Shown here: positions 1 through 2,644 of the stretch, piece after piece
Position numbering within the stretch: the first letter of the stretch is position 1
How the letters are laid out: each line of letters starts with the position of its first letter
NCBI GenBank assembly: GCA_000004985.1
Contig: GG739254.1
Source: Naegleria gruberi
Lineage: Eukaryota
DNA: 2,644 bases
Direction: 5' to 3' (one strand)
Position numbers and translations under genes: made by a program
The notes under the pieces: generated by a model
Told to the model about the DNA's origin: nothing
The model's database searches: none
Seen by the model: only the letters and a program-made list of their open reading frames with translations

Positions 1-20
1 GAGGGAAAAAATCATCAGTT

Positions 21-57
21 TATTGAGTGTCTAAAGATTTTGGCAGCTAACATGAGG
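21..57 (+). repeat. tRNA 5'-flank repeat, copy 1 (TATTGA..TAAAGATTTTGGCAGCTAACATGAGG)
   Basis: The 26-nt core at 32-57 matches 191-216 at 25 of 26 positions (A50 versus C209). An upstream TATTGA is shared (21-26 versus 182-187). The last GG of the repeat forms nt 1-2 of the tRNA. Confidence 0.6.
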
Positions 58-128
58 AACAGTAGTTCAGCGGGGAGAATATGGGGCTCTCACCCCCAAG
101 GTCGGTGGTTCAACTCCATCTTGTTTCT
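56..128 (+). tRNA. tRNA-Glu, anticodon CUC (73 nt, no intron, no encoded CCA)
   Basis: Cloverleaf folded by hand. Acceptor GGAACAG (56-62) pairs with TTGTTTC (121-127), 7 bp including 2 G-U. U8 is present. D stem GTTC (65-68) pairs with GAAT (77-80). D loop AGCGGGGA carries A14, G18G19 and A21. Anticodon stem TGGGG (82-86) pairs with CCCCA (94-98). Anticodon loop CTCTCAC (87-93) has U33, anticodon CTC at 89-91 and A37. Variable loop is 5 nt, AGGTC. T stem GGTGG (104-108) pairs with CCATC (116-120). T loop TTCAACT (109-115) has T54, T55, C56, A58 and a G53-C61 pair. Internal A-box-like TAGTTCAGCGG and B-box-like GGTTCAACTCC are present. Discriminator is T128. Confidence 0.7.
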
Positions 129-129
129 C

Positions 130-133
130 TTTT
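130..133 (+). terminator. RNA polymerase III T-run (TTTT) two nt after the tRNA 3' end, within T-rich context TTTCTCTTTT
   Basis: Four consecutive T at 130-133 immediately downstream of the tRNA and followed by A7. Four T is the minimal Pol III terminator, so this is weakish. Confidence 0.4.
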
Positions 134-163
134 AAAAAAACACTGCCGCCATTATCAAGTTTG

Positions 164-169
164 TTTATT
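164..169 (-). promoter_or_regulatory. Candidate AATAAA polyadenylation signal for the PARP mRNA
   Basis: Minus-strand AATAAA lies about 68-73 nt downstream of stop codon 239..237 within an AT-rich 3' UTR. The signal is eukaryote-typical but not proven here. Confidence 0.3.
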
Positions 170-181
170 AGATTTGATAGC

Positions 182-226
182 TATTGATTTTAAAGATTTT
201 GGCAGCTACCATGAGGTTTCTCTTTT
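182..226 (+). repeat. Copy 2 of the tRNA flank unit with the tRNA body missing (leader+GG fused directly to TTTCTCTTTT trailer)
   Basis: 191-216 aligns to 32-57 and 217-226 (TTTCTCTTTT) aligns to 124-133. The 66 nt between them in copy 1 (58-123, the tRNA body) are absent. Copy 2 lies in the 3' UTR of the minus-strand PARP gene. Confidence 0.55.
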
Positions 227-236
227 AGAATCTTCA

Positions 237-1651
237 CTATTGTTTAATTTCAACCATAAACTTGATTGTGCATTGAGCTGAGTTATATACTATAAATTCA
301 TTATTAAGCAAGAATCCATTCTTTGCTTTTGCAAATAATGAATCATAATCTTGTCCATTATAATTTATCAAGGATTCTTCTGTGAAATCCGAAAGTGTAT
401 GATCCCAATTAGTAACTTCCAATTGTTTGCCAACATGTACATCAAATACAGCAAGATAGGCCTTATCTGAAGAACCTCCTGCCCAATAGGATCCTGTGAA
501 ACTGGTATATCCGAGAGATTTCTTGAATTTGTCAGCTTTTTTGGTTATGGAAACAGGTCAGTAATAAAATAGAAACTTACCGAAATAATTACCATGTCCA
601 AACATTCTACCATTAGCAGCAGGTCTCAATTGAAGACCATTAATCATGATGGACAAAAAGTTTGCATTTTTAGAGCCATGCCAGAACAATTCTCTCTTTT
701 GATTTCGTTTCTTTTGGACAAAATTGTCGAATAGTGTTTGAGTTTGATTATTGGTAACTCTGAAAGCTCTGTAAAACAAGTGACTATCTGAGCCCATCAT
801 CTTCTGAGGAGTTTAATTTCATCTTGTGAAGCATCCTCCACAACAAGTCCATTCTTTTTAAGGAAATCAGGTTGATCAGATTGATCATGTTTTGTAATCT
901 TGACTTGAGTAGCCATGACATCAAGAATTTCCTGCTGATCATCTAATAGTGAAGCAGCACTTTCCTTATTACTCTTATCATTAATCAAATAATCCTGAAC
1001 TTTCTTCATCTTTCTTGGAATGACAGCGTACAATTTCAGTAATTTTTCATTGAATGAATTCAGAAAATCCTCATCATTCTTGAAATTCTCATTCACCTTA
1101 TACAATTCATCCAAAATAGATTGAGCAGAGTCCAATTGTTCCTTTGTAACACTTCCAACTCCAACATTGTAATTGCTTACAATGGAAATATTCGAAAAAT
1201 TATTCAATTCTGAAATTAAACTCTTCACATCTGGACTGGAATTCTCTAAATAAATATCATCCCCTGCATTGGTCATATCAGATCCCAAATTTGTCATATC
1301 TACATAGCCTTTCTTCATCTTGGATCGAACTAAACTATCCCATTCACTCAAACTGGCTTTGATTGCAATTCCTGTGGCACCAACTCGACCATAGACAATA
1401 TGAATTTCACCATCCTTTTCAGTCATTTCATAATACTTGTTATTATTCTTGGAGGAGACCATAATTAATTTACAATATCTTCCGGCAGTGTTTGTGAAAT
1501 TTTTCACACTCGAGGAAAAGCTTCGGATTGGATGAATCGTGGAGGAAAAATTATTAACTCTCTTCATCATGCTCATGCTTCTGTTGAGCATTAGTGGTGA
1601 AATAATCTCCCGATGGGAAGCAATAGATAAAGTACAGTTTAGTTTGCGCAT
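237..1651 (-). CDS. Poly(ADP-ribose) polymerase family protein (WGR - helical/PRD domain - ART catalytic domain), about 455 aa; interrupted by one intron and one frame discontinuity
   Basis: Segment A is 1651..800, frame of ORF 797..1684, with the first ATG at 1651 in context AAAAAAATGC; the ORF-track M at 1684 is TTG. Segment B is 800..581, frame of ORF 558..800. Segment C is 535..240 with stop TAG 239..237. Family motifs: WGR-like YGRVG at 1393..1379 followed by KKGYVD. Helical-domain matches to PARP1/2 include VTKEQLDSAQSILDEL, LYAVIPRKM and VVEDASQDEIKLLRR. Catalytic residues: ELFWHGSK (HGS at 680..672), GNYF-ADKFKKSLGY (Tyr 587..585, Ser and second Tyr conserved) and LLNNEFIVY (catalytic Glu 299..297). 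The ORF-track ORFs 797..1684, 558..800 and 237..422 are pieces of this one gene. Confidence 0.85.
536..580 (-). other. Spliceosomal intron, 45 nt, phase 1 (GTAAGT ... TACTGAC branch-like ... AG)
   Basis: Minus-strand sequence is gtaagtttctattttattactgacctgtttccataaccaaaaaag. Splicing joins ...GNYF(g) to (ct)GAC..., giving the PARP-consensus YFAD motif and continuing the open frame to the C-terminal NEFIVY segment. Unspliced, the frame stops 8 codons later at TGA 560..558. Confidence 0.75.
797..803 (-). other. Frame discontinuity (-1) inside the PARP coding sequence; in-frame TGA at 799..797
   Basis: The upstream frame ends ...EIKLLRR-TGA. The downstream PARP-homologous frame (MMGSDSHLFYRAF...LFWHGS) is offset by -1 and is open only from 812. 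Both sides align to PARP1/2 (EIIRKYVKNTHATTH...), so the switch must occur within about 812-800. There is no room for a canonical intron. Confidence 0.6.
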
Positions 1652-1672
1652 TTTTTTGTGGTTGACTATTGT

Positions 1673-1715
1673 GAAATTGATCAAGATTTTGATTGGGATT
1701 GAAATTGATTGAAAG
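1673..1715 (+). promoter_or_regulatory. Cluster of ATTGA / GAAATTGAT repeats just upstream of the PARP ATG (reads CCAAT / TCAAT on the coding strand)
   Basis: GAAATTGAT occurs at 1673-1681 and 1701-1709, and GATTGGG at 1691-1697 gives CCCAATC on the minus strand. All lie 22-65 nt upstream of ATG 1651. This is a possible promoter or 5' UTR element. Confidence 0.2.
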
Positions 1716-2277
1716 ATAACGAAAGAAATGATTTTTAATTATTAGTATTGTAAACTCTGTTAAGGTCAAATGGTAGAACTGTGAACACTGTTATGTTGAA
1801 GTTAAATCTCCCAGTTGATGATAGTATTCCACCTCATGTTTTTATTGGCGAGAAATTAGATACATGCTAATTACATTTCTTTTTTAACTTTTATTGGACT
1901 GAAATTTATTTTTTACTTTCTCATCACGGGAATGCTGATGAAACAAAAGTATGAATCTGATGATGTAACAACATCGGAAAAGATGTAGAAAATGTTTAGA
2001 ACATTGAAGTATTAATAATTAAAGAATTAAAATGTATTTCATATTTAAACAAGTTGATGATTTACTTCATATTGTATGTACTCATAATTTTTTAAATGAT
2101 GATTTATTGAATGAAGCAGGTTGTAGTGAGAAGCAAATGGAGGCATTTTTTTTTGCCTACTTTTAAAATGTTAGACAATTTTAATGGTACACACCATTAT
2201 TCGAAAGGTCAATCACTGTAGATTTTCAAGGAAGAAACCACGTGTTCGATTCTTGACCAAGGACTTTGATTATGCTT

Positions 2278-2385
2278 GAAAATTAAAAATAAACGTGAGC
2301 GTGGCCAAGTACCTAACAATCATCCATTACTAAAATTAAAAATAATTGTGAGTTGTAATGAAAATCTAAAATAAGAGAATGTGAG
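2278..2385 (+). repeat. Three spaced copies of a motif of about 22 nt, AAAATTAAAAATAA-NN-GTGAG(T/C)
   Basis: 2279-2292 and 2332-2345 are identical 14-mers (AAAATTAAAAATAA), followed by ACGTGAG and TTGTGAG respectively. A degenerate third copy CTAAAATAAGAGAATGTGAGT sits at 2365-2385, immediately before the TATA box. Confidence 0.35.
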
Positions 2386-2392
2386 TATAAAA
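2386..2392 (+). promoter_or_regulatory. TATA box (TATAAAA) upstream of the plus-strand ORF
   Basis: TATAAAA lies 41-47 nt upstream of ATG 2433. The orientation is inferred from the downstream open frame. Confidence 0.3.
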
Positions 2393-2432
2393 ACTCAGTT
2401 GCACCTTGTATGACACCAACAAGCTGACACTC

Positions 2433-2644
2433 ATGAAATTAATGATGACGATGATTGTTTCCTTCGTTATGAAGATATCACCGATAATACTCACCAAGTT
2501 ACATCCAATAACACTGCCTCAAGTCCCTCGATATTCTCACCACTCTCAACTATCCTCTATCAGGATGAAGTTACTGAGTTTCAAAATTAACACTCAATTC
2601 TGGAATCGGCAACCAACATTAATTCATATGCCATATGAAATCAA
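2433..2644 (+). CDS. 5' part of a hypothetical protein gene (runs off window end); hydrophobic N-terminus MKLMMTMIVSFVMKISPIIL
   Basis: The frame is open from the stop at 2388-2390 to the window end, which is more than 84 codons in AT-rich DNA. The first ATG is at 2433. GC content is higher than in the preceding intergenic DNA. I recognised no homolog. The Kozak context is weak, with C at -3. Confidence 0.3.
   Translation, partial: MKLMMTMIVSFVMKISPIILTKLHPITLPQVPRYSHHSQLSSIRMKLLSFKINTQFWNRQPTLIHMPYEI

Noticed and set aside
81-281. 66-aa plus-strand ORF from the ORF track
   Set aside because: It overlaps the tRNA-Glu gene, its flank repeats and the PARP 3' end. Its composition is low complexity and it resembles no known family. 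It is almost certainly a chance ORF.
555-580. C-terminal extension GKFLFYY-stop of ORF 558..800
   Set aside because: These codons lie inside the 45-nt GT-AG intron. Reading through destroys the conserved YFAD motif and orphans the downstream catalytic segment.
797-799. TGA recoded as Cys/Trp (ciliate- or mitochondria-style) to read through the break
   Set aside because: Continuing in the same frame past the TGA gives a sequence with no PARP similarity, and the -1 frame carries the homology. The gene also ends with TAG, and the intron and frame structure are those of a standard nuclear gene.
803-840. A 38-nt GTGGAG...CTCCTCAG pseudo-intron that would put the two PARP frames in phase
   Set aside because: It would delete VEDASQDEIKLLRR, which aligns residue-by-residue with PARP1 VVDRDSEEAEIIRKY. 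The donor is poor and there is no branch site. A small indel is the better explanation.
1673-1709. GAAATTGAT x2 resembling the giant-virus (Mimivirus) AAAATTGA early promoter next to an ATG
   Set aside because: The locus has a spliceosomal GT-AG intron with a yeast-like branch site and a Pol III tRNA gene with a T-run terminator, so it is eukaryotic nuclear DNA. The motifs also differ from the viral octamer at one position.
1554-1769. 71-aa minus-strand ORF from the ORF track
   Set aside because: It overlaps the 5' end of the PARP CDS in a different frame and runs into the AT-rich promoter. The PARP frame carries the homology.
1763-1790. GGTCAAATGGTAGAAC resembling a tRNA D-arm / A box
   Set aside because: No anticodon or T arm can be folded downstream. 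It looks like a chance resemblance.
2141-2158. AGGCA-T8-TGCCT perfect hairpin
   Set aside because: It is too short and isolated to assign a function, and it does not look like a terminator in a eukaryotic context. It is noted only as a possible structural element.
2239-2256. GTTCGATTC B-box / T-loop-like sequence, a possible second tRNA
   Set aside because: Flanking bases cannot form a T stem (2 of 5 pairs). No acceptor, D or anticodon arms can be drawn upstream. It is at most a degenerate tRNA remnant.
1-2644. Prokaryotic interpretation (defence island, operon, CRISPR, IS element)
   Set aside because: I saw no Shine-Dalgarno-spaced gene starts, no repeat-spacer array and no inverted-repeat-bounded transposase. 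The gene requires splicing, and the promoter and terminator signals are eukaryotic.

Overview
This reads as AT-rich eukaryotic nuclear DNA, not a prokaryotic operon. The minus strand carries one gene for a PARP-family ADP-ribosyltransferase of about 455 aa. It has a WGR domain, a helical regulatory domain and an ART catalytic domain with the H-G-S, Y, S, Y and E signature residues. Translation starts at ATG 1651 in an A-rich context, there is a single 45-nt GT-AG spliceosomal intron at 536-580 (phase 1), and the stop is TAG 237-239. The reading frame is interrupted by a -1 type discontinuity at about position 800, inside a conserved part of the helical domain. The plus strand carries a canonical cloverleaf tRNA-Glu(CUC) at 56-128 with a short Pol III T-run. 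It is convergent with the PARP gene and about 110 bp from the PARP stop. The tRNA's 5' leader and 3' trailer are duplicated at 182-226, inside the PARP 3' UTR, with the 66-nt tRNA body absent. Positions 1652-2432 form an AT-rich intergenic region of about 780 bp with short repeated motifs and a TATA box. An open plus-strand frame begins at ATG 2433 and runs off the window. I found no CRISPR array, no obvious transposon or LTR, and no rRNA. Coordinates and residues were derived by hand translation and folding, not by database search.
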